Source: Candidatus Pacebacteria bacterium GW2011_GWA1_46_10 (GTDB lineage Bacteria; Patescibacteriota; Microgenomatia; UBA1400; PJMF01). Taken from it: 64,000 nt of DNA. Shown here in pieces: positions 19,671-28,385 of this stretch (the stretch's first letter is position 1; the number at the start of each line of letters is the position of its first letter). The stretch is taken from contig LCLP01000001.1 in the NCBI GenBank assembly GCA_001002135.1, positions 230,274 through 294,273 on the forward strand, written 5' to 3'. A program made the position numbers and the translations under genes. Below the pieces are notes generated by a model. That model was not told where the DNA came from. It worked only from the letters and a program-made list of their open reading frames with translations, and did not search any database.

Positions 19671-20817
19671 TATTTAACATTGTATCTTGAAAATCAACTA
19701 GTTTTAGTGGTTCAAAATTGGTCAAATGCTCACGAATTACTTCAAGTGGGCTTTTGGAAGGGGGCAATTTGACGGTTTTTGCCTCTGCAATGAGTCTATA
19801 CCAACTCCTTTGACTGTATCCACTAAACATAGTTCTAAGCTCACGAGGCGTTATATCGTTGAAAATTTGTTTTAGTCCATAGAGCTGTACGGTTTTTTTT
19901 AGTCCAAGGCGAGAATTATTAATAATAAGGTCTGCCAATAAGGATTTTGGACTTGTTGGTTTGTAATCAAATAGCGGTAGTCGTTTACTTTCAACTTCAT
20001 CGAGATAATGTAGTAAGACTTGTTGAGAAATGCTTGGGCTAAAAAGGTTCTTATAAGTAAGCTCTGATTGAATGCCAAGCGTGCGGAATAACTGCTTTAT
20101 TTTCTGCCGTTTATTGAGCCGTACTTCCATTCGTAAGACCTCTAGCTGTTTTCTTTTCTCAAATGTATCAAAAAGGCTAAGTTGTAAGGCATTATCTCTT
20201 TCTACCGCTCGTTTCTCACTTTTCTTTGCCATTTCGAGGTCTTTTATCTTATCGTAAAAAGCTACTTCATATGAGTTGGCATGCCATTTGTAGCTGTGTC
20301 CATCATTGCGGTAGTCTGTTTGGTTTATATCGAGTGAAAGTTTTATATTTGCTTCATTAATCTTGCTAATAAGGTAATGAGGTGTAGACCCATCTGTTAG
20401 AGGTATATTTTTAGAATAATGAATAGCTGACACTGGTGCATTAAGTAAAAATTTTTCCCAAACCATCACGCCCATATCTTTAAGACGGGATTTTAATAGT
20501 TTGGTAACAGGATCAAAGTCGTCAATCGACAACTCGTCAAAATTATTGCCAAAAAGCAGTTTAGGCAGAGATAATTCTATTTTAAGTGTTGCTTCGCGCC
20601 TGCCTGTGTGGTTAAAACGGTTCGTTAAGGTAAGTCGTGGCTTATAGATACCACTTTGTAATTCTCGCTTAGTGGGGTTTTGTTTTGCAGGAATATATCC
20701 ACGACTACCCATAGATGAGTTTTCATCAAGTATTAGCCTAGCAGATGGTTCAAACCTATCTGGTTCTTTAATGTAATACATACCTTTACTTAGTGTTAAA
20801 ACTACTGTGTCTAGCAT
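19654..20817 (-). CDS. Putative replication initiator (Rep_trans / phage gene II/X-like)
   Basis: 'MLDTVVL', 'ELSLPKLLFGNN', 'FYDKIKD…VLRMEVRL' resemble rolling-circle initiators. Located in the element core. Confidence 0.6.
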   Translation of the reverse strand: MLDTVVLTLSKGMYYIKEPDRFEPSARLILDENSSMGSRGYIPAKQNPTKRELQSGIYKPRLTLTNRFNHTGRREATLKIELSLPKLLFGNNFDELSIDDFDPVTKLLKSRLKDMGVMVWEKFLLNAPVSAIHYSKNIPLTDGSTPHYLISKINEANIKLSLDINQTDYRNDGHSYKWHANSYEVAFYDKIKDLEMAKKSEKRAVERDNALQLSLFDTFEKRKQLEVLRMEVRLNKRQKIKQLFRTLGIQSELTYKNLFSPSISQQVLLHYLDEVESKRLPLFDYKPTSPKSLLADLIINNSRLGLKKTVQLYGLKQIFNDITPRELRTMFSGYSQRSWYRLIAEAKTVKLPPSKSPLEVIREHLTNFEPLKLVDFQDTMLNNDKYN

Positions 20818-21082
20818 ACATTTTGGTTACATTTTCAAACTTTGAAATGATTACTTTTTCTATTTTTTCCGCAATATTTCGGTTAATGGGATGAAAGATA
20901 TTAAAATTACCGCTCGGACCCTTGCGAGTGGGGTAGGTCAATCGATACCCACCTTGCGGTCTGGTATAGATACCAATGGACCCAAAATAAAAGCTGTCGT
21001 TATAAACGAAGCTCGCAAAACCCACCAAGCCATCTCTTGCTTTGATTGGTGTTATTTGAACTTCGCTTAATATGTCTTTCAT
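20786..21082 (-). CDS. SpoVG-like nucleic-acid-binding protein
   Basis: 'SEVQITPI…GLVGFASFVYND…IGI…LTYPTRK…IFHPIN'. Confidence 0.75.
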   Translation of the reverse strand: MKDILSEVQITPIKARDGLVGFASFVYNDSFYFGSIGIYTRPQGGYRLTYPTRKGPSGNFNIFHPINRNIAEKIEKVIISKFENVTKMYARHSSFNTK

Positions 21083-21417
21083 ATTTTCCCCTTAGGTTGG
21101 TTTTCAATAGATAATCCATCGATGCATCGTTCCAACTCTTTATCACTCCAATTTTCAAGTGATTCCCAACCCATCATCAATAAATCCTCTAAAACCTCTG
21201 TATTTTGAGCGTGACAAATATCACAGACCTTGTCATTAATGATGATTTGGTATGCTCTATCACGGCTTACTTGTTTACCAAATGCTTGGATTTTTACACC
21301 CATCTTTTCTTTACGTGCTCGAATGCCTTCTTTTACCCTCTTACTAAATAGTCTGTGATAATCAGTTGTCAACAAATCCAGAAGTTGAGTCTGAAAACTC
21401 TTGTTTATTTTTTTCAT
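21079..21417 (-). CDS. Hypothetical protein with a recombinase helix-E-like N-terminal segment and CxxC
   Basis: ATGA-coupled within the operon. Contains 'YHRLFSKRVKEGIRARK'. Confidence 0.65.
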   Translation of the reverse strand: MKKINKSFQTQLLDLLTTDYHRLFSKRVKEGIRARKEKMGVKIQAFGKQVSRDRAYQIIINDKVCDICHAQNTEVLEDLLMMGWESLENWSDKELERCIDGLSIENQPKGKI

Positions 21418-21565
21418 TTGTTACTTTCTTTGACCGTTGGTCAATACTTATTAGAATTGAGAAAAAATCAGTCAACCTTGCCATATCATCAACATCAAAG
21501 CCTTCCGTACTCCTTTCAGGGCTTTGCAACTTTTTGAGCTGGGAATTGGTAAAGCTCGACCGCAT
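21362..21565 (-). CDS. Small hypothetical protein, first gene of the element operon
   Basis: 67-aa ORF with an amphipathic 'LTDFFSILISIDQR'. Overlaps the next gene. Confidence 0.5.
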   Translation of the reverse strand: MRSSFTNSQLKKLQSPERSTEGFDVDDMARLTDFFSILISIDQRSKKVTNEKNKQEFSDSTSGFVDN

Positions 21566-21589
21566 TAAGTCGAGGATATAAAAAGGAAG

Positions 21590-21618
21590 GTTGTCCCAAG
21601 TGGGTCAACTAGTTGTCC
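21590..21618. promoter_or_regulatory. GTTGTCC repeats upstream of the element operon
   Basis: GTTGTCC at 21590 and 21612 (22-bp period), with an inverted imperfect copy GGGTCAAC at 21602. Confidence 0.5.
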
Positions 21619-23192
21619 TACTTTTTGTGGAACAAGAAATCGGAGTTTATATTAACCGTCATCATCGAGTAAATAAAGAAGTTTTGCTTGCCAGTCTTGC
21701 TAGCAATTACAGCATTGAGGTCCCTACAAAGATAGTAAATTTTCCGTTGAGCTTGTTTGGTATCATAATCGTTTGAACCACTGATTGCTTCATAAAGTTC
21801 GACTGATTGCCATTCTTGTTTTGCGATGTTTTTGTTTTTTGACAATATTTTGAGTAATTCTGTGCGATTTGTGTTACTTTTCAACTTAATAGTCTTGTTT
21901 GCCACTGTTAATGTGTTGGTTCTAGTATCGAAACTCCAAGTATCACTAGAAGACTCCACTACTGTTGGTTGTTTTATTGTCGACTCATCAGGAACTTGTT
22001 TTCGTTCGTGTTCATCAAATTTGAGTAATAATTCTTTGGCATATAAATGAACACGCTCCATGTAATTTTTGTAAGTTTCGACATGGAACTCACGAATGTA
22101 GTGATTTGGGTCATGTGGTTTAGTTAGTATTGTATTCAACTCATCAGATAGCATTCCTGCCGATAATGCAGTAAGTGGTTTGCCACTCTCCATGTACTGC
22201 TTGTAAACACTCTCATGATCTATGTAGAGCCTATGAAATGTAAATAGCTTGTCCCAGCTGAACCACGGTCTTGTTTCCCGCAGACGTTCTTGCTTTAGTT
22301 TTTCTTGTTTGTGCCCCTCATAACTTGGTGAAAAAATATACTTCCTCACAAAGCCGTCAGGAGTTAGTTCAGCGTACTGTTGGGCAATTTTTAGGTGTTC
22401 GGTATTTTTTGTTGCCACTAATCCTCGAATAATATCCTCAACTTCACCAATTCGACCAGACAGTGGTCCCTCAGTGCTTTCTATTGTTCCTTTTTCGTAA
22501 GAGTGGTAGTTCTTTATTGCCCCAGTAATAATTGCATTTTTTATGCCTGCTTTTGAACAATATACAGAGAGTTTCTGAAATGCCTTGTCTATTTCAGAAT
22601 AAGCCAGCTTTTCGAGTTGTTTTAATTTAGTTGTTTCGGTGTTACCTAAATCGTTAAGAGCACGAACGACGCCCCTAAGCAAGCCCTCTCTAAAATAGCC
22701 ATCAACATATTCGAACAGGTTGCTAAAAAAGAACTTCGGTTCAGCTGTTTCTTTTACTCTTTTGTAAATTGCGTCGATTTGTTCTACTAATAAGGAGACT
22801 TCTGAAACTGGGTTATCTAATTGAGAAAACTCTGGTGGATTCTCTTTGCCCTCGTATATGTTCCTTTGGTACTCATTTAGATATGTAGTGACGTCGCATA
22901 TCTTTTGATACTTAGTGTAAACGGTCTCAAACGTAGAAGGGTAGATGTCAAGGTAGAGCACGTCGTTAGTACTAACTGGTGGTTCAAACGGGCTTTCTCG
23001 CACTCGTAGAGCACCTAATTCCTGCAACTTGAAAATGATACCCTCACGTCTGTCCCTTGGAATAATGCCTGCACCAGCAACGTGTGGCATTTTGTATTTC
23101 ACTGGCTTATCATTTTGAGTTGCGAGTGTTTCCTCTTTGATGTCTTGGAGTATTTCCCAAACCTGCTGATTAAACTTTTCTTCTGGCGTCAT
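21618..23192 (-). CDS. Hypothetical protein with a C-terminal winged-HTH-like domain
   Basis: 524 aa. The C-terminal 'LTVANKTIKL…ELLKIL…ELYEAI…RKIYYLCRDLN' resembles an OmpR-type wHTH. Confidence 0.6.
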   Translation of the reverse strand: MTPEEKFNQQVWEILQDIKEETLATQNDKPVKYKMPHVAGAGIIPRDRREGIIFKLQELGALRVRESPFEPPVSTNDVLYLDIYPSTFETVYTKYQKICDVTTYLNEYQRNIYEGKENPPEFSQLDNPVSEVSLLVEQIDAIYKRVKETAEPKFFFSNLFEYVDGYFREGLLRGVVRALNDLGNTETTKLKQLEKLAYSEIDKAFQKLSVYCSKAGIKNAIITGAIKNYHSYEKGTIESTEGPLSGRIGEVEDIIRGLVATKNTEHLKIAQQYAELTPDGFVRKYIFSPSYEGHKQEKLKQERLRETRPWFSWDKLFTFHRLYIDHESVYKQYMESGKPLTALSAGMLSDELNTILTKPHDPNHYIREFHVETYKNYMERVHLYAKELLLKFDEHERKQVPDESTIKQPTVVESSSDTWSFDTRTNTLTVANKTIKLKSNTNRTELLKILSKNKNIAKQEWQSVELYEAISGSNDYDTKQAQRKIYYLCRDLNAVIASKTGKQNFFIYSMMTVNINSDFLFHKK

Positions 23193-23260
23193 AGTTCGTT
23201 ACATTTTCAAAACTTATGTTTGTTTATCATATTTTATCAGTTTAACGATAGAATAGTGTT

Positions 23261-24712
23261 ATGGGAGACAAGGCAAAAAAAGCTATAGAAACTCGAAGTA
23301 TTTCACTCGATGAAGTGATTGCCATCCTTTCGTCTAACAAACCTGAAGAATTGATTGGAGTAGAAGAAACGGCATATTTTGAGTGTAGAGGGGTTTCCTA
23401 TTTAACTTCTTTTGGTGAACAATCAGACATAGAAAGACATAAGTTTAATTTGGTTAAAGACGTGGTTTCGATTGCCAATTCTGGTGGTGGGGTTATCTGC
23501 ATCGGTGTCAAAACTTTAGAAAAGTCGAATGAAAAAACAGAGTATATTACCGAGATTGCACCAGTTCCTAAAGACCATATTCAAATGAAGAGTTGGGAAG
23601 ACATACTTTTTGGTTATAGTATTCCGAAATTTAAGAGACAGTGGCTTAAATATGGATACAGTGGCACAGATAAAAAAGTCTTTTGGATAAAGATTGCGGA
23701 CATTCGGGAGACTGCGGAATACCCAGTATTGGTGAGTTTATCTAAGAAATATGAGGAGGGTGTATCAACCGTTAAAGAGAACTTTGGTTTGTACTTTAGA
23801 GACCGTTCAGTCAATGTTCCATATTCTCCTGAAAAACTGCACACATTTATTCAGGCAGGGTTTAGAGGGAATGACAATGGTCAAGCGAGATACCTTAAAT
23901 CTATGCTAGAAGCGATTGACACAAAAATAGACCTACTTTCAAAAAAAGTGAGTAAAGAAGACGCAAAACAAATAAAACTTGAATTAAGAGAGGAGATTGC
24001 CAATTACGTTATTCAAAAGCTCGATAGCTCAAAAGGTCTTTTCTACCTTTTTGCTTTTCCTGTCAAAGATGCAGTAATCAAAGAGTTCTGGGAGCAAGGC
24101 GATAAATCTGTTTATCACCTTATCAAGAACACGCCACATTTAAGAGAGACGGGTTGGGATTTACGTGTAGCTCAGTCTGAGTATCCATATCCCAATAAAA
24201 ATAAATGGGAAATTACAAATGGTAATCGTAAGCTCACGAGCTTTGATATTCGAGGTAGATTGTTTAGTGCTGGTTCAATAGACGGGTTCTTAAATTGGGG
24301 GGTTAGAGATTATAAAACAGACGAAAAACACAACATAGTAAATGCATTTGCTCTAACAGAATATATTGATAGTTTTTTCCAAACCTTGGAAGTATTCAAA
24401 ACGGTTTTTGATATAAAAAGTGATTATGAGGTTGAAGCTGGGTTTTTGGAGGCTGGAAGCAACACTAAACTCTTATTTCCTCCTCATATTATAAGTATTT
24501 TCCACGCTTTGACAGAAACCATCAAACAGGAAAAATGGGATGTAGACGTTAGGCTGGAAGACGATAAGCACCCCTCTTATTTTGCTGGACAATTAATACA
24601 AGAAATTTATGTAAGTGGATTTGGTTATGTGAGCCATCCAGATTATCCTTATCTTACTAAAGATGATAAAGGGTATAAGGTTAATGAGGCTTTGTATATC
24701 AGACAAAAATAG
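23261..24712 (+). CDS. AlbA_2 (Schlafen-like) domain protein
   Basis: N-terminal 'ETAYFECRG…LVKDVVSIANSGGGVICIGV', followed by an unrecognised C-terminal domain. Confidence 0.75.
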   Translation: MGDKAKKAIETRSISLDEVIAILSSNKPEELIGVEETAYFECRGVSYLTSFGEQSDIERHKFNLVKDVVSIANSGGGVICIGVKTLEKSNEKTEYITEIAPVPKDHIQMKSWEDILFGYSIPKFKRQWLKYGYSGTDKKVFWIKIADIRETAEYPVLVSLSKKYEEGVSTVKENFGLYFRDRSVNVPYSPEKLHTFIQAGFRGNDNGQARYLKSMLEAIDTKIDLLSKKVSKEDAKQIKLELREEIANYVIQKLDSSKGLFYLFAFPVKDAVIKEFWEQGDKSVYHLIKNTPHLRETGWDLRVAQSEYPYPNKNKWEITNGNRKLTSFDIRGRLFSAGSIDGFLNWGVRDYKTDEKHNIVNAFALTEYIDSFFQTLEVFKTVFDIKSDYEVEAGFLEAGSNTKLLFPPHIISIFHALTETIKQEKWDVDVRLEDDKHPSYFAGQLIQEIYVSGFGYVSHPDYPYLTKDDKGYKVNEALYIRQK

Positions 24713-24714
24713 CT

Positions 24715-24817
24715 TTAGGTAATCGCAAGATTAAAGGTGTCGAATACTGTTTGGATATTTTGTAAACTAAATCCAAACTCTATCTCTCGGTTCTTAAATG
24801 CGTCAACCAGGGGGAGC
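24715..24817 (-). other. attR plus displaced 3' tail of the serine recombinase gene
   Basis: The minus strand reads CTC CCC CTG GTT GAC… (LP-LVDAFKNREIEFGFSLQNIQTVFDTFNLAIT*), in the same frame through the core as the recombinase 'WLP'. Confidence 0.75.
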
Positions 24818-24843
24818 TTAATATATTTTGATATAATTGATAA

Positions 24844-25467
24844 ATGGCATTTGATGAGGTTCTTTCTCCTGTTCTTCAGACAGATTTGAGGTCTAAGTAT
24901 CACCCCGTTCTTGTCGCTTATCAAAATAATGAGTGGATAAGAGAGCAAATGGCATTGCTCGAAAGTCACGGCGATCTAGATCATGCGGTACGGGTTGCTT
25001 TTTTGGCAGCTGAGTTAGCAAAGCATGTGGAAATGAACGATGATGAGATATTGATTATTGCCAAAGCAGGGTTGTTGCACGATCTAGGAAAATTACAAAT
25101 ACCGCCTGAAATTTTTAAAAAAGTACAACTTACAGAAAAAGAGAGAGCTTTAGTTGATGAGCACGTTCGAGCTGGCTTTGAGTTGGTGAAGGAGCGTTTC
25201 CCGTTTGTAGCAAAAATAATGGTTGCTCATCACGAGTTTCAAGCTAGAAGGTACCCGAGAAAAAATGACCGAGATCCTGTTGGCACGAGACTGAGGGAAT
25301 TGCAGAGATTATTAGCAATCGCCGACCAGACAGACGCTCTGTTGAGTGCCAGGTCATACAAAAAAAGATGGCCAATCTATAAAGTGAGAGAATACCTTAA
25401 TGATTTATTTGATGATCACCACTTAATCGATTTTTCTATTGCTAAAAGAATCAGCATAGTAGATTAA
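24844..25467 (+). CDS. HD-domain phosphohydrolase (HD-GYP-like)
   Basis: 'HAVRVA', 'LLHDLGK', 'HHE', 'IADQTDAL..R.YK'. Confidence 0.85.
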   Translation: MAFDEVLSPVLQTDLRSKYHPVLVAYQNNEWIREQMALLESHGDLDHAVRVAFLAAELAKHVEMNDDEILIIAKAGLLHDLGKLQIPPEIFKKVQLTEKERALVDEHVRAGFELVKERFPFVAKIMVAHHEFQARRYPRKNDRDPVGTRLRELQRLLAIADQTDALLSARSYKKRWPIYKVREYLNDLFDDHHLIDFSIAKRISIVD

Positions 25468-25473
25468 ATTTTT

Positions 25474-25830
25474 TTAAATCTTTTTTCCGGCAATTTTTTG
25501 TCGGAGGATTTCAAATTCGGGTATTTCTGCGTCCAGATTCTGAGCGACCACAAGTAAGTTATCAATGGCGTTCTGAGCGTCTTCCCAGAGTCCGGCAGCT
25601 GCATAAGTTTGGGCAAGATGGTAGTTGAACCAGAGATCACGTTCTGGGCCGGCCCAGGCAGAGTCAGCTTCTTGTTGGAGTTGATGGATAAACTCATCTA
25701 GAGCTTGGCGAAGCTCGTTTTCAGGTTTTTGTTCACGCACTGTTTGGATGAATATCTCCCTGCTTGGTTTGGCCGTTGCCGTCTCGGCAATAACTGAGTC
25801 ATATGTGGCTGGCTTTGTCTCTTTGTCCAT
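25474..25830 (-). CDS. Hypothetical alpha-helical protein
   Basis: 118-aa ORF with an ATG start. Confidence 0.6.
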   Translation of the reverse strand: MDKETKPATYDSVIAETATAKPSREIFIQTVREQKPENELRQALDEFIHQLQQEADSAWAGPERDLWFNYHLAQTYAAAGLWEDAQNAIDNLLVVAQNLDAEIPEFEILRQKIAGKKI

Positions 25831-25940
25831 AGGTTTACTTTACAATAAAAGATTAAGAAATCATAGAAAAATAGTCAAATTCTAGCAATCGTTCTTAAAA
25901 ACGACTTGGATTTGTGATACTTAAGATGGTGTTCGGATAA

Positions 25941-25961
25941 AATCCTCCTGGGGGGAGCCAA
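25941..25961. repeat. Second copy of the tRNA-Asn 3' end (att relic)
   Basis: GGGGGAGCCAA at 25951-25961 is identical to 11505-11515. Confidence 0.7.
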
Positions 25962-26012
25962 GGGTTAAAGTTTCCTTGTAGTCTGTATAAAACCTTCTTA
26001 TAATGTAACTAA

Positions 26013-26624
26013 ATGCCTAAAGAAACATCGAATGGTAATCCCACTGAGGAAGAAGTGTTGAAAAGGAATCCTACCGAAAAACTGGTTTTAGCCTCAATTG
26101 TTAATGAGGTTTGCGCAATTTATCCAGGGGACGAGTTTGACGAAGATCGTCTTTTAGAAAACGCCCGAAGGATTATAGATGCCCTTAATCAATTAGAGGT
26201 AAGTGGTACGCACGCATCTTTTTCAAAATATGGAAACTCTAAAACATTCAGTGGTTTAGCCTCTACTGGTAGCGGTACCGTTCAACATGATCTTTCAGAT
26301 CAAAAAACAGAAAAAACTACTAAGATTGGGAAGCGCGTGGAAGAGCGGATAGGTTTATATAAAGTTATAAAAAAAGACGACGGCAGTTATTTTACTTTAA
26401 CATTCAGTTACTTCTTGGAGCAGGTAAATACTGAAAAGGCAATTGTGTCGGTTGGGCCGTTGACCAATATTTCCTACGACAGAGAAGATCATTCTATTAA
26501 GGGGGTCTCCAAAGGTCTACCAAAATTGCTTGAGCTTTTTGGATACAAAATACTCTGGTTTAAAACCACCAGCTTGTGGGGTAAATATAAACCAGCATCA
26601 ATTGCTGTAGAAATACTTAGATAG
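26013..26624 (+). CDS. Hypothetical protein
   Basis: 203-aa ORF with TATAAT just upstream of the ATG. Confidence 0.6.
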   Translation: MPKETSNGNPTEEEVLKRNPTEKLVLASIVNEVCAIYPGDEFDEDRLLENARRIIDALNQLEVSGTHASFSKYGNSKTFSGLASTGSGTVQHDLSDQKTEKTTKIGKRVEERIGLYKVIKKDDGSYFTLTFSYFLEQVNTEKAIVSVGPLTNISYDREDHSIKGVSKGLPKLLELFGYKILWFKTTSLWGKYKPASIAVEILR

Positions 26625-26860
26625 GAACACTCCATTCTACATATTCAACTAAACGGAACGGGTAATTCTCGAACAACTAGTATGAAACAAATTCGATAAG
26701 GGGGCAATCAATCCCAAAGAGATAAAAATTGGCGCGTTGATGAAAAAAGCAGTGATCTTAGAACCAAGCTCATCACTGTTCTCAACTTTCTCGATACCAG
26801 GAAGCTTAAATGAAGTCTTATAGTATATTCGAATTCCTTTCTTTGATATAATTTTTAACA

Positions 26861-27670
26861 ATGAATTTACCCTCGGAAGAAACTCCTATTTCGGTTTGGG
26901 AACAAGGAGATGAAGCAATAGCAGAACATTTACGTTCTGTGAGGAAAACGGTTGATTATAAATTACTAGTTTCTCAAGATTCTCAGATTACTTTCTTTGG
27001 AGAAAGGCACGGGAATACACTCATTGATAGAGAGATAGAGAGTAATGCTGCGCAGTTGAGAGAGTTGGGAGTGACTACTTTCTTGATAGAGGCTCCTGAT
27101 ACTGAAGAGCAAAGAGAACTATTTACTTTAATTAATCGAGGCGATTTTAGTAGGATAAAAGAAACTGATTTGGGTAAATTAGTCGAACCAGGTTCGGTGA
27201 GCTCATATACACGTATTACTCAAGCAAGCAAAATTAGCTTAGCCAAAGCTTTACACCAGGCGGGAATTGAGATGATACCTGTGGATCACATTGCGAGCAG
27301 ACAAGTTGCCTATCAGACGCGCCAACAGGCTTTAAGAGAGAACGTTGAGGCTATTATTGGCAGTGGGAGATCGGGGATTGTCAGTCTGATTGGGCAGTAT
27401 CACGCAATAAGAAGAGAGAGGACTAATGTGCTGATTAACATGTTGGAAAAAAGAGGCATTAGTTGTCATTCGGCGATTTTTGTTGGTGGGCTCGAGGAGA
27501 CTGAGAAAGTGACTGAGCCAGCCAAGTTGGCAAAGCTTGATCACGAAAGGTTTATGTTCGCAGGGGAGGGTAATTATCCGTTTGGAGGTAGAGTGGATTG
27601 GGTAGTGCATTTACCACAACAAAATTTGACGATGACTGAGAGATTAAAGTCTCTAGAAGAAGATGTTTAG
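26861..27670 (+). CDS. EreA/ChaN/TraB-like fold protein
   Basis: Motif spacing 'FFGERH…FLIE…PVD…LIGQYH'. Confidence 0.55.
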   Translation: MNLPSEETPISVWEQGDEAIAEHLRSVRKTVDYKLLVSQDSQITFFGERHGNTLIDREIESNAAQLRELGVTTFLIEAPDTEEQRELFTLINRGDFSRIKETDLGKLVEPGSVSSYTRITQASKISLAKALHQAGIEMIPVDHIASRQVAYQTRQQALRENVEAIIGSGRSGIVSLIGQYHAIRRERTNVLINMLEKRGISCHSAIFVGGLEETEKVTEPAKLAKLDHERFMFAGEGNYPFGGRVDWVVHLPQQNLTMTERLKSLEEDV

Positions 27671-27733
27671 AGTTCTTATTAATTCATGAAGATGAAGCTC
27701 TAGTTTTCCTTACAGATGATCTTCTTTGTCCAG

Positions 27734-28093
27734 CTAGGCGTCTTGCTTTGTTTGGTGAGTGATGCCGTCTTTATGATGAGGTGGGGAGTAAAGTGTATAA
27801 AGTTTGAGTGGTTTGTCTGGTGAAGTGTTAATGACATTGTGTTGAGTCCCAGCCGGAACAACAATGGCATCTCCGTCTTTGATCAAATGCTCCTCGCCGT
27901 TCATAATCAGTTTTCCCTCGCCGGCCTCGACCCGTAAAAACTGATCCACGATTTCGTGAACCTCCATCCCGATTTCTTCATTTGGCTTGAGTGACATGAG
28001 GACAAGTTGGGTATGTTGGCCGGTGTATAGTACCTGGCGGAAGAAGTCGTTTTGGAGGGTTAACTCTTCGATGTTTTGCAAAAAGCCAATCAT
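27734..28093 (-). CDS. Cupin domain protein (possible premature stop)
   Basis: 'QLVLMSL…EIGMEVH…DQF…EAG…VPAGTQHNV…LYTLYSPPHH'. AAGGAGG SD. Confidence 0.85.
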   Translation of the reverse strand: MIGFLQNIEELTLQNDFFRQVLYTGQHTQLVLMSLKPNEEIGMEVHEIVDQFLRVEAGEGKLIMNGEEHLIKDGDAIVVPAGTQHNVINTSPDKPLKLYTLYSPPHHKDGITHQTKQDA

Positions 28094-28110
28094 TTTTTCC
28101 TCCTTTAATT

Positions 28111-28252
28111 TTAATTAAGTAGTACGATGCCGGCATTCAGTAGCGTGGCAAAACTAACCCAAAGTAGATAAGGCACCAGTAAACACGCCGCCTAAAATGC
28201 CGACTAACTCACAGCCGATAATGGAGATGATAAGCTTGGGCAGGTTTTTCAT
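28111..28252 (-). pseudogene. tspO: TspO/MBR tryptophan-rich sensory protein remnant with an internal deletion
   Basis: N-terminal 'MKNLPKLIISIIGCELVGILGGVFT' is joined out of frame to C-terminal 'LLVPYLLWVSFATLLNAGIVLLN*'. Confidence 0.7.
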
Positions 28253-28385
28253 CTCTTTTCAGAGTAAAGTAAGCTTGATAAGAAAACAATCAGTATCGCA
28301 GAAAGCGGTTGACCTCTTTTGTCATATTCGACTGTCAGGAACTTCTTGGTGTATTTCAACCATAGTCTTTGTTAAGATTAAGATT

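Larger units (their letters stand above)
11505..24817. mobile_element. Integrative element (serine recombinase, Rep-like gene, type I RM) inserted at the tRNA-Asn 3' end
   Basis: Core GGGGGAGC at 11505-11512 and 24810-24817 (ACC[C/A]GGGGGAGC, 11/12 identical). Visibly AT-richer interior. Integrase at one end, with its displaced 3' tail at the other. Confidence 0.85.

Noticed and set aside
11505-24817. Prophage or ICE
   Set aside because: No capsid, terminase, tail, relaxase-coupling or T4SS genes are recognisable.
24715-24969. 84-aa minus-strand ORF as an independent gene
   Set aside because: Its 5' half is antisense to the HD gene and crosses attR. Only the 3' part is meaningful, as the integrase tail.
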